A stretch of DNA of 64,000 bases from Candidatus Poribacteria bacterium (GCA_965116925.1 OZ220744.1:4864001-4928000), one strand, 5' to 3'. Shown: positions 10,230 through 20,893, counted from the first letter of the stretch. A program made the numbers and translations. Notes: a model not told the origin generated them from the sequence alone.

Positions 10230-11291
10230 CTATTTTTCTGCGGATTGGTTGTGCACCACTACGTTAAAGAAATCGGTGTTATCCATCACACCAGAGATAC
10301 ACGCTGCATTGGCGCCCCAACCGTATACAGGGATATTTGTTGTTGTATGACCGCCGGTAGACCAAGAGACAGTTGGGAAAATGCCCATGCCGTTGTTTTC
10401 AAGCACTTTCAAACCACCGGTTTCATGGTCGGCGGTAACAATGATGAGGGTATCCTCCCGTCCCTTCACCCAGTCAAATGCAACTTGCACCGTTCTAGAA
10501 AACTCAAGTGTCTCGTAGACATTGCGCTCAATGTCGTTAGAGTGTCCGGCGTGATCGATACGACCGCCTTCAATCATCAGAAAGAAACCGGTTGGATTCT
10601 TTGTTAATATCTTCAGCGCGGTTGCAGTCATTTCCGACAGATGCGGCAAATCCCCAAGTCCATCGAATTCATAGGGTAGATTTGTGTCGCCGAACTGACC
10701 GGAAACTCGCTCGACGCTCTCTGTTTCCAGAGATAGGAGTTCGTTTCGATTCGTTACAACCGTGTAGCCAGCTGCTTCTGCTGCCTCTTCAGCCATCCCA
10801 TTGCCACCACCGCCAAGCAAAACATTCGGACGGGTCTGATTCAGGTAATCCGCGGCAATTTCTGCCAGATTGCCTCGTCTCGGTTCGTGTGAACCGAAGG
10901 CGGCTGGTGTGGCGTGGGTGATGAAGGTTGTGGAAACCAACCCTGTGCTCTTGCCCTGATCCTTGAAGCACTCCAAGAGTGTATACAACTCTCTGCCGTC
11001 GCCCGGCAGAGCGGTGCTGATGACGCCGTTGTTGACCTTGGAACCGGTCGCCATAGCGGTTGCTGCTGCCGCTGAGTCGGTCATCGGGGAGTCAGCTGAG
11101 TGTGTCGTCACCTCACCTTGATGGGGGAACGCTTCAAAAGAGAGTGTCCCAGTTTTGCCACGGGCGTACATACTAGCTGCCTTGATTTTCTCGAATCCCA
11201 TTCCATCGCCAATGCAGAAGATAACGTTTGTCGGCGAATTCACTGTTTTGTCCATCAATTTTCCTTTCAGGTCATTTATAAGTTGCGTCAT
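10230..11291 (-). CDS. Alkaline phosphatase (PhoA family)
   Basis: IGDGMG, TDSAAAAT, THATPA, EGGRIDHAGH and ADHETGG motifs. Confidence 0.9.
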   Translation of the reverse strand: MTQLINDLKGKLMDKTVNSPTNVIFCIGDGMGFEKIKAASMYARGKTGTLSFEAFPHQGEVTTHSADSPMTDSAAAATAMATGSKVNNGVISTALPGDGRELYTLLECFKDQGKSTGLVSTTFITHATPAAFGSHEPRRGNLAEIAADYLNQTRPNVLLGGGGNGMAEEAAEAAGYTVVTNRNELLSLETESVERVSGQFGDTNLPYEFDGLGDLPHLSEMTATALKILTKNPTGFFLMIEGGRIDHAGHSNDIERNVYETLEFSRTVQVAFDWVKGREDTLIIVTADHETGGLKVLENNGMGIFPTVSWSTGGHTTTNIPVYGWGANAACISGVMDNTDFFNVVVHNQSAEK

Positions 11292-11346
11292 TCAGACGTA
11301 AACAATTCTCCCGGTTCATCCATTCTTTGTTTTTTTGTCCACACGC

Positions 11347-12624
11347 CTACCCGACCAACTGATCGGGATTATCCATCACCTTCTCGAATGCTTCGACGTA
11401 CAACTTCATCAGGTCAAGGTCATTTGGCGGATTCACGTCGAAAAGGTAGAAATGGGAATCAATGAACGCAGTGGCGTTGGGATAATCCTCTGTCCGATAC
11501 TCCACCGGCTGAGCATGACCACAGGTCCATGGGCATCCTCTTCCGTAGCCGATCTGGGCTTGAAAAATTTCCTGCGCCGGTACAGGTCTCCTTTGCCACT
11601 GTCCGACGTGCAGCCCTTCGGCGACTAACGCTTCTTGAACCTTTTCACGAAAGACTCTTGGTGAGACGGAAAGCCCTAACTCGTCCGGTTTGACGCCAAC
11701 CACATAGTTATAGAAGACAGATTCACACTGTGGCGGGACATACGGTGTTTCGATGCCTTTGATTTTAGAGAGGTGTTCCGTGAGGAAGTTACAGTTTCGG
11801 ATGCGTAAGGCGTTATTCGTATCTAGCCTTTTTAGTTGGCTACGGATGAACGCTTGACCGAACACATCACCGCGATACATCCAACCGAGCCCAAAAGCAT
11901 TGTACTCCTGCTCCTGCCGTTCTCTGCCCGGCACAACCAATTCGCCGAAGTACTGTAGCAGTGCTGCTTGTTTGTGGTAATTCTCATCGTCGGTGACGAA
12001 TAGACCGCCCTCACTCCCCGTCGTCAGTGTTTTTGACATTTGCGTGCTGAAACCTGCGACATCCCCAATCGCACCGCACGGCATGCCTTTATACCTTGAT
12101 CCGTGCGCTTGGGCGGCATCTTCAATGACTTTGAGTCCGTGTTGCTTAGTAATCGCGAGGACTCCGTCCATATCCGCCGGCATCCCGTGGATGTGAACGG
12201 CGATCACCGCTTTCGTCCGTTCCGAGAGTTTGGCTTCAATCTGTGCAGGGTCAATGCAGAATGTCTTGGGATCGATGTCAGCAAAGATTGGGATAGCGTT
12301 GTGGTGGAGGACAGCAGCTGCCGTTGCCCAGAATGTAAAAGCTGGAACGATGACCTCGTCGCCCGGTTCGATTCCCAAAGCGGCGATGCACATGTGGAGT
12401 GCCGCGGTGCCGCTGTTGGTAGGGATGCAATACTTTCTGCCCACGTATGCTGCCCACTCTTGAGACAACGCTTCGGACTGAATCTTACGCTGCTCGTTAA
12501 TGCTGTCGCTGGAAAGCACTTCCATCACCGCCTGCCGATCCGCATCGGTAATGTGGGGCCAAGGTTTAATCGTCCCTTCTGGAATTATCGGTTGTCCACC
12601 GTGGATTGCAAGTTGTTCTGACAT
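11347..12624 (-). CDS. DegT/DnrJ/EryC1/StrS PLP-dependent aminotransferase
   Basis: SGTAALH, IEDAAQAHG and SKTLTTGSEGG motifs. Confidence 0.9.
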   Translation of the reverse strand: MSEQLAIHGGQPIIPEGTIKPWPHITDADRQAVMEVLSSDSINEQRKIQSEALSQEWAAYVGRKYCIPTNSGTAALHMCIAALGIEPGDEVIVPAFTFWATAAAVLHHNAIPIFADIDPKTFCIDPAQIEAKLSERTKAVIAVHIHGMPADMDGVLAITKQHGLKVIEDAAQAHGSRYKGMPCGAIGDVAGFSTQMSKTLTTGSEGGLFVTDDENYHKQAALLQYFGELVVPGRERQEQEYNAFGLGWMYRGDVFGQAFIRSQLKRLDTNNALRIRNCNFLTEHLSKIKGIETPYVPPQCESVFYNYVVGVKPDELGLSVSPRVFREKVQEALVAEGLHVGQWQRRPVPAQEIFQAQIGYGRGCPWTCGHAQPVEYRTEDYPNATAFIDSHFYLFDVNPPNDLDLMKLYVEAFEKVMDNPDQLVG

Positions 12625-12781
12625 GAGTGCCCCTTTCTTGGGTTCAATGGTTCATTAGTTCATTACACCGCTAGGGTTTTTGGGGAACGCTCTCGTAAGA
12701 ATAGCCCCAGAATGTTACAAGGAGTTGTCGTGTTTTTGGCTTTTCTGTGCTAATAGGAGAGCGTGAGAATTAACATGCCAA

Positions 12782-13537
12782 TTACGCTGCCACAATGTCC
12801 TGCAGCCCCTCCCACTCCAACCAGATATCGGTCATCGCTTCAGGTCGGTAATCGGGGTGATCGACATGACGCAAGCGGAAGAAGATTGCGTATCGCGCGT
12901 GTGGTGAGACATTTGCTGCCGCAGTATGCGCAATCTGGTAGTGCGCTATAATGACATCGCCGGGCTCCCCGGTGATTTGATGTGGCTCCGGCAATTCGAC
13001 CGGCGGCATCCCGTCGAGGAGTGATTCTGGACCGTGTTCTTGAAAGTACTTCTCGTAGACGTGATGTGTCCCGGGCCATACGGTGAAATTGCCAGAGTAT
13101 GGCTGTGGCACATGGCTGAGATACACGCCCACCAGCATTGTGAAGTTTCGGATCACGCCTTTGGGGACACCGTTGTGTGGCGAGTACATTCCATCAAGGT
13201 GGCCGCCCGGTTTCGGCGGCGGGTCCTGAACACTCGGAAACCGGAGTGCGATTTGTCCTCCCTTTGGACGAATAATTTTTCCGACCCCGATTGCAGATTC
13301 CGCCAACTCCCACGCGGGTGTTCGATTCAGCAGATCCGTGATGATGGGTGATCCCTGAAGTTCTGGACAGTACGATCTCGATCGGAAGGTCACCATTTCG
13401 TCGGCGTTCATCCCTTCACCGACCGAATGATTGATCCCGCGGAGGGCTGCCTCCACCATCACTTGTGGCACAACACCAGGAACCTTAACAAACCCGTTCT
13501 TGAAAATCTCCTGTTTTTGTGCGTAGGTAAGTTCCAT
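12782..13537 (-). CDS. Phytanoyl-CoA dioxygenase (PhyH) family protein
   Basis: GFVKV, HLDG (HxD), VWPGTH and GDVIIAH...H motifs. Confidence 0.8.
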   Translation of the reverse strand: MELTYAQKQEIFKNGFVKVPGVVPQVMVEAALRGINHSVGEGMNADEMVTFRSRSYCPELQGSPIITDLLNRTPAWELAESAIGVGKIIRPKGGQIALRFPSVQDPPPKPGGHLDGMYSPHNGVPKGVIRNFTMLVGVYLSHVPQPYSGNFTVWPGTHHVYEKYFQEHGPESLLDGMPPVELPEPHQITGEPGDVIIAHYQIAHTAAANVSPHARYAIFFRLRHVDHPDYRPEAMTDIWLEWEGLQDIVAA

Positions 13538-13665
13538 AAGCTGCTATTGCTCCTTCTCGTTAAAAATTGGATGGATCTTTAGGTGAAAAGTATGCCACGC
13601 TGGTATCTGAAAGTCAACTTCAAAAAGACATCAATATCAATAGAAAAGGCAAATCCAAAAAAACC

Positions 13666-13694
13666 TTGACAAATCGGAGCGGATCTATTACAAT
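13666..13694 (+). promoter_or_regulatory. sigma70 promoter of the tRNA cluster
   Basis: TTGACA-17-TACAAT with an A-rich upstream tract. Confidence 0.75.
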
Positions 13695-13736
13695 AAGGTT
13701 CATTGAATTCGCTGGAATTCAATGCCTCCTTGCCGC

Positions 13737-13824
13737 GGGCGAGTGGTGGAATGGCAGACACAATGGACTTAAAATCCATCGCCCGTAAATGGGTGTGAGG
13801 GTTCAAATCCCTCCTCGCCCACCA
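13737..13824 (+). tRNA. tRNA-Leu(TAA)
   Basis: Acceptor gggcgag/ctcgccc+ACCA; anticodon arm atgga-cttaaaa-tccat; long variable arm; GTTCAAATC. Confidence 0.95.
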
Positions 13825-13844
13825 TTTTCCTTCCTTAATCTTGG

Positions 13845-13921
<77 letters not shown>

Positions 13922-13993
13922 TCTGGTTCTATTGGAGGTAGAAAAGCCCTACGGGAAATGTGTTTTTTCAAGCGCATTTCCCTTTTTTCTTAT

Positions 13994-14065
13994 GCCGGTG
14001 TAGCTCAGTGGTAGAGCACACGACTCATAATCGTGCTGTCTGGAGTTCAACTCTCCACACCGGCA
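13994..14065 (+). tRNA. tRNA with CAT anticodon (elongator Met or Ile2); CCA not encoded
   Basis: Acceptor gccggtg/caccggc+A; anticodon arm cacga-ctcataa-tcgtg; T loop GTTCAAC. Confidence 0.9.
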
Positions 14066-14082
14066 CTTACAAGTCATCACTT

Positions 14083-14104
14083 AGCCGCCTTGCGCGGCTT
14101 TTTT
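14083..14104 (+). terminator. Intrinsic terminator after the tRNA cluster
   Basis: agccgc-cttgc-gcggct followed by a T run. Confidence 0.6.
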
Positions 14105-14226
14105 ATTTTCGATCACGTTAAGAAATATTGCAAAGAGACCGTAGGGGCGGGGTTACCCCGCCCGTACTTCCGAAAAAACTCGGTTTCTCTGAGCTGCTCG
14201 GCTTTCTTTTAATTCGAGATTCTGTC

Positions 14227-15651
14227 ATGGCCGCTGGCTTTGCGCAACGTACCCACCGCTTCATCACTCAACATCAGATGATTCAACCAAAGGAAACAGT
14301 GCTTGTCGGTGTTTCTGGCGGTGTTGATTCACTTGCCTTGCTTTACGCCTTGCACACGCTACGTCATCAACTCAATTGCCAACTCCATGTCGCTCACCTC
14401 GACCACAGTTTTCGCGAGGATTCGGCGGGGGATGCGGTGTATGTTGCGGAACAGGCAGATCAGCTGGGTATCCCGATTTCAAGCACAAGAGTTGACGTAC
14501 CACAACTGATGCGGGATCAGAAACTCTCCGCTGAAGTGGCAGCACGACAAGCGCGATATCAGTTCTATGAATGTATCTCTAAGCGAATTGGGGCGACGAA
14601 GATTGCGTTGGGACATCATCGCGGTGATCAGGCAGAAACGGTCTTGATGAATCTGTTGCGCGGTGCGGGCGCATCTGGCTTAAAAGGGATACTCCCGGTG
14701 CGGGAAGGAAAGTTCATCCGTCCCTTGCTGACTTTTTCAAGGAAGGAGATTGAGGATTTTGTAGCGCAGCTTGGATTGGAACCGCGCTGTGATGCTACAA
14801 ATTATCAACTTAACTATCTCCGCAATCGGGTGCGCCTAGAGCTTATCCCCGCCTTAGAGAGGACTTACAACGCCAATCTCCAGAACACCTTGAATCAGAC
14901 CGCCGAACTGTTACAGGCTGAATCGGATTATCTGGAAACGCTCGCTCATGATGCGTTTCAAGCGTGCCGGATAGAATCCTACACACCTGACACTGTTGTT
15001 CTGGATCGCTATTTATTTCGAGAACATCATCTCGCTTTGCGTCGGCGAATCTTGCGGTTGGCTGCCGCAGAAGTTTTTGGAGAGGTCAGGGATCTCTACT
15101 TCAATCATTTTGAGTCAATGTTGAATTTGATTGATGGGGAAGCACCGAATAGTGTTTTGGATCTGCCCAACGGCGGGGCGTTTCGACGGGCATACGATAG
15201 AGTCCTTATCCAAAAATCGACAGCAAACCGTGCCTCATTTGAATATGAGGTTGCGGTGCCGGGGCAGACCCCACTTCCGCTATTAGATGCAGAGATGATC
15301 GCCACCGTTGTGGAACCACCAATGAATTGCGCGGTGGCAGATAAGTTTCCTGATGGTAAATTCCAAGCCGTGTTTGATTTAGATCGGCTTCAACTTCCGC
15401 TGAAGCTTCGACAGCGACGAGACGGCGACCGGTTTCATCCGTTTGGGATGCGAGGCTCGAAAAAGTTGAAGGATCTGTTAATCGATGCCAAGATCCCTCG
15501 ACAGGAACGGGGACGGGTCCCGGTGTTGATGGGTGGGAATGAGATTATCTGGGTTGTTGGCTACCGAACAAGTGAACCGTTCAAAATCCGAGCCGAGACG
15601 AAGCGTCGGTTATATCTGAATTACTTAAAAAGTGTGAAACGTGAAACGTGA
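14227..15651 (+). CDS. tilS: tRNA(Ile)-lysidine synthase
   Basis: SGGVDS PP-loop, HHRGDQAET, IRPLL, RNRVR and C-terminal GDRF..G..KKLK; probable ATG 14227 (track start reads through a REP). Confidence 0.95.
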   Translation: MAAGFAQRTHRFITQHQMIQPKETVLVGVSGGVDSLALLYALHTLRHQLNCQLHVAHLDHSFREDSAGDAVYVAEQADQLGIPISSTRVDVPQLMRDQKLSAEVAARQARYQFYECISKRIGATKIALGHHRGDQAETVLMNLLRGAGASGLKGILPVREGKFIRPLLTFSRKEIEDFVAQLGLEPRCDATNYQLNYLRNRVRLELIPALERTYNANLQNTLNQTAELLQAESDYLETLAHDAFQACRIESYTPDTVVLDRYLFREHHLALRRRILRLAAAEVFGEVRDLYFNHFESMLNLIDGEAPNSVLDLPNGGAFRRAYDRVLIQKSTANRASFEYEVAVPGQTPLPLLDAEMIATVVEPPMNCAVADKFPDGKFQAVFDLDRLQLPLKLRQRRDGDRFHPFGMRGSKKLKDLLIDAKIPRQERGRVPVLMGGNEIIWVVGYRTSEPFKIRAETKRRLYLNYLKSVKRET

Positions 15652-15744
15652 AAATCATTTGTTCATTAGTTTATTGGTCCCCAACCTACCGGGTTCACAG
15701 AAAAAGAGTGTACCAAACGATAAGAGAAACCAAATTTTTGCCAA

Positions 15745-16281
15745 GTGCTGAAATCAATGAAAATGGAAATTGAATCTACGCTAATCTCCGAAGCAGAAAT
15801 TCAAAGACGTGTCCGCGAATTGGGTCAACAGATCTCCGACGATTACTCCGATCGCGAGCCGGTGCTTGTCTGCGTTCTCAAAGGCGCAGCCTTATTCTTC
15901 GCGGATCTGTTCCGTACGGTCTCGATTCCTGTGCGCTGCGAGTTTATCCAACTGTCAAGCTATGACGATAGAACGGCGTCGTCGGGGCATGTTCGGACGG
16001 TTCAGGGATTAAACGGAAACCTTCACAGTGCGGATGTGGTCGTTGTGGAGGATATAGTTGACACCGGACAGACCTTGAATTTTCTCACGAAGGAACTCCA
16101 AGCGTTGGAACCTGCAAGCGTGAAAGTGTGTAGTCTCTTAAACAAGCCAAGCCGAAGAATCGTGTCAACACAGATCGATTATATCGGTTTTGAGATTCCA
16201 GACGCCTTTGTCGTTGGATACGGCTTGGACTACGCGCAGAAGTACCGGAACTTGCGTGAGATCTATCATATTAAGGCGTAA
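15745..16281 (+). CDS. hpt: Hypoxanthine phosphoribosyltransferase
   Basis: VLKGA, VVEDIVDTGQT and FVVGYGLDY motifs; conserved tilS-hpt order. Confidence 0.95.
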   Translation: MLKSMKMEIESTLISEAEIQRRVRELGQQISDDYSDREPVLVCVLKGAALFFADLFRTVSIPVRCEFIQLSSYDDRTASSGHVRTVQGLNGNLHSADVVVVEDIVDTGQTLNFLTKELQALEPASVKVCSLLNKPSRRIVSTQIDYIGFEIPDAFVVGYGLDYAQKYRNLREIYHIKA

Positions 16282-16416
16282 CAAGAGAATCTCTTTGATT
16301 CGCCATACACCGATTGCTCCCTAGGATTGATGAGGAGTAATGCGTAATACGTGATGCGTAAGAAGAAATCGTTTGGATATCTTACGGATTAGCTGCCTTT
16401 TTCAAACACCTACCGC

Positions 16417-17160
16417 TCAAATCTCCCTCAATAGCCATCGGACAGCGTTCTGCTGAATCTTCACGTATGCCGGATTCCATAGCGCAGCAACAGTATGCCC
16501 CGGCGCAAGATAGCAGATCCGTCCCTTCCCGTAGTCGTATGCCCATCCCGCCTCGCAAGTTGTGCCAAGCTCGTTGAACCCCAACCCATCTTCGTTGATG
16601 CTCCGCATGAAAACGTGCGCCGGATCGCCGTCGTAGGTCATGTAGTGCTGCTCATCGGTCACAATGAAATCGGTCGCACCTTGCGTGATTGGGTGGTCCG
16701 GATCAGTGAGCGTGACCTTGAACGGTCGAACAGGTGGATGCCCCTCGGTCGCTGCCCCTAACACTGCGCGAAAGGTCACATTGCCTCTGGCGATGTAGGT
16801 CGAGTTGTGATAAAACAGCGCGACGCCGCCGCCTTCGACGAAATCTTTGACCGCCTGCGCCTGTGGTTCGGTGATCCAATCGACAGCGGTCACCTCGACT
16901 TCTGGCACCGGTGGTTCGCTCACATGTGGCGGTAACGATCCCCCCGCACCGTAGCCTTGGGGCCAGATCATGCCGTCTCGAAAGGTTATGAGCATTTTGT
17001 AGCCGTCCAAGGTTTCTGCATTGAGCAGCTTCACGTCGTCGGTGAAGTCGATGGTGAGTCCAAGGTCACCCACTAGGGTTTTGCCTAGCGCGGTCCGAAT
17101 GTAGTCTGAGTTGTGATAGCGATCGCCGATTACGGCAAACGCTGTGCTTTTCTCTGCCAT
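16417..17160 (-). CDS. ThuA-like (class I glutamine amidotransferase-like) protein
   Basis: HPIT.G..DF...DEQHY and YGKGRICYLAPGH; GGAGG RBS before ATG 17160. Confidence 0.75.
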   Translation of the reverse strand: MAEKSTAFAVIGDRYHNSDYIRTALGKTLVGDLGLTIDFTDDVKLLNAETLDGYKMLITFRDGMIWPQGYGAGGSLPPHVSEPPVPEVEVTAVDWITEPQAQAVKDFVEGGGVALFYHNSTYIARGNVTFRAVLGAATEGHPPVRPFKVTLTDPDHPITQGATDFIVTDEQHYMTYDGDPAHVFMRSINEDGLGFNELGTTCEAGWAYDYGKGRICYLAPGHTVAALWNPAYVKIQQNAVRWLLREI

Positions 17161-17257
17161 GTTTGATTGACCTCCTAAGAATAATGCGTAATGTCTGAAA
17201 CGTGAAAAGCTGAAAGCGGGCAACCACAAGGGTTGCCCCTACAAGTGTGAGATTGCA

Positions 17258-18661
17258 TCAAGGAGAAATTGACTCAACTGCATCAGTAACCCTTGATTCG
17301 CGATCTGCCTCAACGCGGACAAGAAATCTCCGAACCATTAGATAGGCGATAATCCCGACTGCCGCATTCCCAACAGCGATACCGATGAAGATCCCCTTCA
17401 ACCCGTGGATCTTTGATCCCAGATACGCCAACGGTAGAACGAAAACGAAAAGATGTAGTATGATGACCGAGGAGGCATGTAACGGCTTTCCCAAGGCGTT
17501 AAACATCGAATTAACCAGTACAGAGATTCCATACATCCCGTAGCTGATCGGGATAATTTGCAAAAAGAGCACGACGGAAGCAATCACCGTCTTGTCGTCA
17601 TTAAAAATTGGTGCGATAATGCCGGCACAGAGGCAAAGGACAGCGAACGCAACGCCTCCCCATATTAGCGAGAATTTCGATCCAAACCGTAGCACCGCTC
17701 GAATCCGGTCATAATTGCCCGCACCGAAATTCTGTCCGACAAAGGGAGTCATCGCCATTGACAACCCCCACAACCCAATTAGTGACAGTGCTTCTAACCG
17801 CCCTCCCACACCCAACGCGGCGACAGCCTCCTCGCCATATTCGGAGATCATCCGGGTAATAACTGCCATTGACAACGGTTCCATCACATTCGTCCCCGCC
17901 GCCGGAATACCGATGTAAAGGATCTGTTTCCATGAATCAAAGGTGCGTTTCGGATCGAATACCGGCAGCCGAATCATCCCTTCACGTTTCCCCAGAATCC
18001 ACAACGATGCGGTGAATGTCACCCCCCAAGAAACTACCGTTGCCAACGCTGCGCCTTGTAACTCCAATCGCGGAAACGGACCGATACCAAAAATCAGAAA
18101 TGGATCTAAAATGATGTTCACCAGTCCGGCGATAATCATAATGGTCGCGGGCGTTTTGGTGTCCCCCGTGGCACGAATCGCACCGTTGCCGACCATCGGA
18201 ATCACGAGCAGCCCCACGCCCAAACACCAAGGGATCATATAGTCGGAAATGAGTTCGAGTATCTCACCCCTTGCTCCCATCAGTGAGAAGATAGTATTCA
18301 GGTTTGTTAGTCCGATAAGGGAAAAGCACGTAACGATGAGGAACGCTAGCCCTAACCCGTCGGTCGCGAGGCGTTGTACCTTCAGTTGATGCCCTTCTCC
18401 AATCGCTCTAGCGATGGTTGAGGAGGTGCCAACGCTCAATCCCATTGCGATGCTCATGACAATGTAACTGATGGGAAAGGTGAACCCCATTGCCGCTAAC
18501 GGTTCTGCCCCCAATCGCCCGATGTAGAAGGTATCAACGACGGTAAATAGGATAATCGCCATAATCCCGAATGCCATCGGTGCCGCTAGAGATATGAGTG
18601 TTTTTCCCACTGGACCTTGTAGGAGCTTTGCTTTATTTTCGTCGGATTTTTGATTATTCAC
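17258..18661 (-). CDS. MATE family efflux transporter
   Basis: About 12 TM segments; DTFYIGRLG, RATGDTKTP and NIILDPFLIFG motifs. Confidence 0.92.
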   Translation of the reverse strand: MNNQKSDENKAKLLQGPVGKTLISLAAPMAFGIMAIILFTVVDTFYIGRLGAEPLAAMGFTFPISYIVMSIAMGLSVGTSSTIARAIGEGHQLKVQRLATDGLGLAFLIVTCFSLIGLTNLNTIFSLMGARGEILELISDYMIPWCLGVGLLVIPMVGNGAIRATGDTKTPATIMIIAGLVNIILDPFLIFGIGPFPRLELQGAALATVVSWGVTFTASLWILGKREGMIRLPVFDPKRTFDSWKQILYIGIPAAGTNVMEPLSMAVITRMISEYGEEAVAALGVGGRLEALSLIGLWGLSMAMTPFVGQNFGAGNYDRIRAVLRFGSKFSLIWGGVAFAVLCLCAGIIAPIFNDDKTVIASVVLFLQIIPISYGMYGISVLVNSMFNALGKPLHASSVIILHLFVFVLPLAYLGSKIHGLKGIFIGIAVGNAAVGIIAYLMVRRFLVRVEADRESRVTDAVESISP

Positions 18662-18725
18662 TGCGTCCTTTCCGTTTCGGTAAATTTCAACTAATGCTCA
18701 TGTCAAGAAATCGCGTAATAACCAA

Positions 18726-18890
18726 TGGTGCTAGTTTGCAGCTGTTGATAACGTGATGCGTGAAACGTAAACATGATTGATTCAGCGGTTCATTTAGCCC
18801 CAGCCGGGCGACATGTGTATCCGAAGAGAATGAATCAACCGATAAACCCTTGAACAATGTGGAAAAGACTTTCTCACTAAACTAGCACCA
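18726..18890. mobile_element. MITE-like element with 12-bp perfect TIRs
   Basis: tggtgctagttt / aaactagcacca; left end recurs (24/25 bp) at 59726-59750. Confidence 0.6.
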
Positions 18891-19021
18891 AAGGTTATTA
18901 TACCAGAGGCGTAGGGATGGGTAAAAGCAAATTTCCTAGACGTAAATCAACCGTCCGTTCCCGCGGAGTCGTTGCTCTCTTATAGCGGAATAATCTGTCA
19001 GTTTTTTCTATTTTGCGGTTC

Positions 19022-19050
19022 TTGCCATAAAGCCTAGTTTTTGGTATACT
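19022..19050 (+). promoter_or_regulatory. sigma70 promoter with extended -10
   Basis: TTGCCA-17-TATACT, with TG in the extended -10 position. Confidence 0.55.
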
Positions 19051-19192
19051 ATAAACTAATTGCCAGTTTACGGATTAAGGACTTTTCCTGAACTGATTTT
19101 TCTGTTGACTACACTCGTATCAAAGCCAACAATAACACGAAGATACTCATTCCGCTGATGGGTGGATAAACTATATCGAAAGGAGATTTAGT

Positions 19193-19771
19193 ATGGCTAA
19201 GAAGCAAAAAGATGAAGCAACACAGGATGATATAGAAGAAGTCGAAGAAACAGAAGAAATAGAAGAAACGAGAACGGGAGAGGAGGAGAGCACTCCCTCA
19301 GATGATGAAGCAACATCAGATGATGAAGCAACAGAAGACATTATAGAAGAAGTAGAGGAGGACCCTTCCTCCTTATTCGTATCCCTTGGGGTAGATTTGG
19401 AGTTCCTGCATGATGGTAGCAATATGAGTTTTTATCAGGCTAACAAGGCATACTATGAAGATCGAAACTACGAGGAAGCCATCGCAGAATTCCAAGCTGC
19501 AATTGAACACGAAAAATCACAACCCTCGGATCCGCCAGATATGGAGGAATCAGAGGATTCGGAGGAGCTAGCTGAGCCGAAACCGCCGAATGATGTCCTT
19601 GTCAAATCAATGTACTGGATGGGGGAGGCTTATCTCAAGTTGAACCAAATCGATCAAGCCATTGAAGCGTTTGGGCAGTTATCAGACCACTATAGTCTAC
19701 ATTATCTTGCACCAGCGGCACAACGGCGAGTTGTCGCGCTAAGGCTTGATGAGGAAAGTGAGTCCACATAA
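19193..19771 (+). CDS. TPR protein with a very acidic N-terminal tract
   Basis: D/E-rich N-terminus; YWMGEAYLKLNQIDQAIEAF TPR; AAGGAG RBS. Confidence 0.7.
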   Translation: MAKKQKDEATQDDIEEVEETEEIEETRTGEEESTPSDDEATSDDEATEDIIEEVEEDPSSLFVSLGVDLEFLHDGSNMSFYQANKAYYEDRNYEEAIAEFQAAIEHEKSQPSDPPDMEESEDSEELAEPKPPNDVLVKSMYWMGEAYLKLNQIDQAIEAFGQLSDHYSLHYLAPAAQRRVVALRLDEESEST

Positions 19772-20830
19772 ATGGATAAGATTATTGACCTACGAAGTGA
19801 TACCGTGACGAAACCGACCCATAGGATGCGTGAAGCGATGATGAATGCGGAGGTCGGTGACGATTGCTACGGGGAAGACCCGACCATTCATCGCTTGGAA
19901 GCGTTGGCAGCTGAACAGATTGGCAAAGCAGCGGCGATGTATGTGCCGACAGGGACGATGGGGAACACTGCTGCGATCATGACACATACCCGCGCCGGCG
20001 ATTATGCGATCATGGATGCCGAATGCCATATCTACTACTATGAACATGGAAACCTGTCTTCATTAGCGGGGATCATGCCGATTGTGATGAACAGCGCGGA
20101 TGGTGTCCCGGATCTCGATGAGGTTGAGGCGTATCTGCAACGGGATCCTGCCAAATTCCCAAAAACTAGCTTAATCTGTTTGGAGAACACACATAACCGT
20201 CGCGGCGGACGTGCGATTCCGTTGGATCGGATGCGTGCAGTTCACGAACTAGCGCAGCGGTATGGGGTTCCGGTTCACTTGGACGGTGCCCGTATTTTCA
20301 ATGCTGCCCATGCGTTGGGCGTTGAGGCGCGTGAAGTTGTCAGCCATGTCGATTCCGTTATGTTCTGCCTCTCAAAGGGATTGTGCGCCCCTGTGGGATC
20401 GATGCTTGCTGGGGATGCAGATTTTATTGAAGCGGCGCGGCGCGCTCGGAAACGACTCGGTGGTGCGATGCGACAGTCAGGGGTGCTTGCTGCGGCTGGT
20501 ATCGTCGCGTTAACGGAGATGCCGGATCGACTCGGTGAGGACCATGCCAACGCCAAACTCCTTGCAAAAGCACTGTCCCAATTTGACGAGTTAGCCCTGA
20601 ACCCAGAGGACGTGCATTCCAACATGGTTTTTGTTAATACAAAGCCGCTGGGAATCTCTGCAGCGGACTTTGCAGACCGCGCGCTGCAACACAATATTAA
20701 GGTTTCTGTTTACGGACCGATGACCGTCCGAATGGTGGCAAATCACGATGCGAGCCGTGAGGCTGTGTTGTATGCTGCGGAAACATTGGTAGATTTGGTC
20801 AAATCTCTTTTGAAACAGGAAACAGCGTGA
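19772..20830 (+). CDS. ltaE: Low-specificity L-threonine aldolase
   Basis: DLRSDTVT, GTMGN, ENTHN, HLDGARIFNA and CLSKGL motifs. Confidence 0.93.
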   Translation: MDKIIDLRSDTVTKPTHRMREAMMNAEVGDDCYGEDPTIHRLEALAAEQIGKAAAMYVPTGTMGNTAAIMTHTRAGDYAIMDAECHIYYYEHGNLSSLAGIMPIVMNSADGVPDLDEVEAYLQRDPAKFPKTSLICLENTHNRRGGRAIPLDRMRAVHELAQRYGVPVHLDGARIFNAAHALGVEAREVVSHVDSVMFCLSKGLCAPVGSMLAGDADFIEAARRARKRLGGAMRQSGVLAAAGIVALTEMPDRLGEDHANAKLLAKALSQFDELALNPEDVHSNMVFVNTKPLGISAADFADRALQHNIKVSVYGPMTVRMVANHDASREAVLYAAETLVDLVKSLLKQETA

Positions 20831-20893
20831 GGTGTGTAAAAGGAGGGTAACATAAATCAATCACATCGAATCGCTTAACAAAGGAGAATAAAA

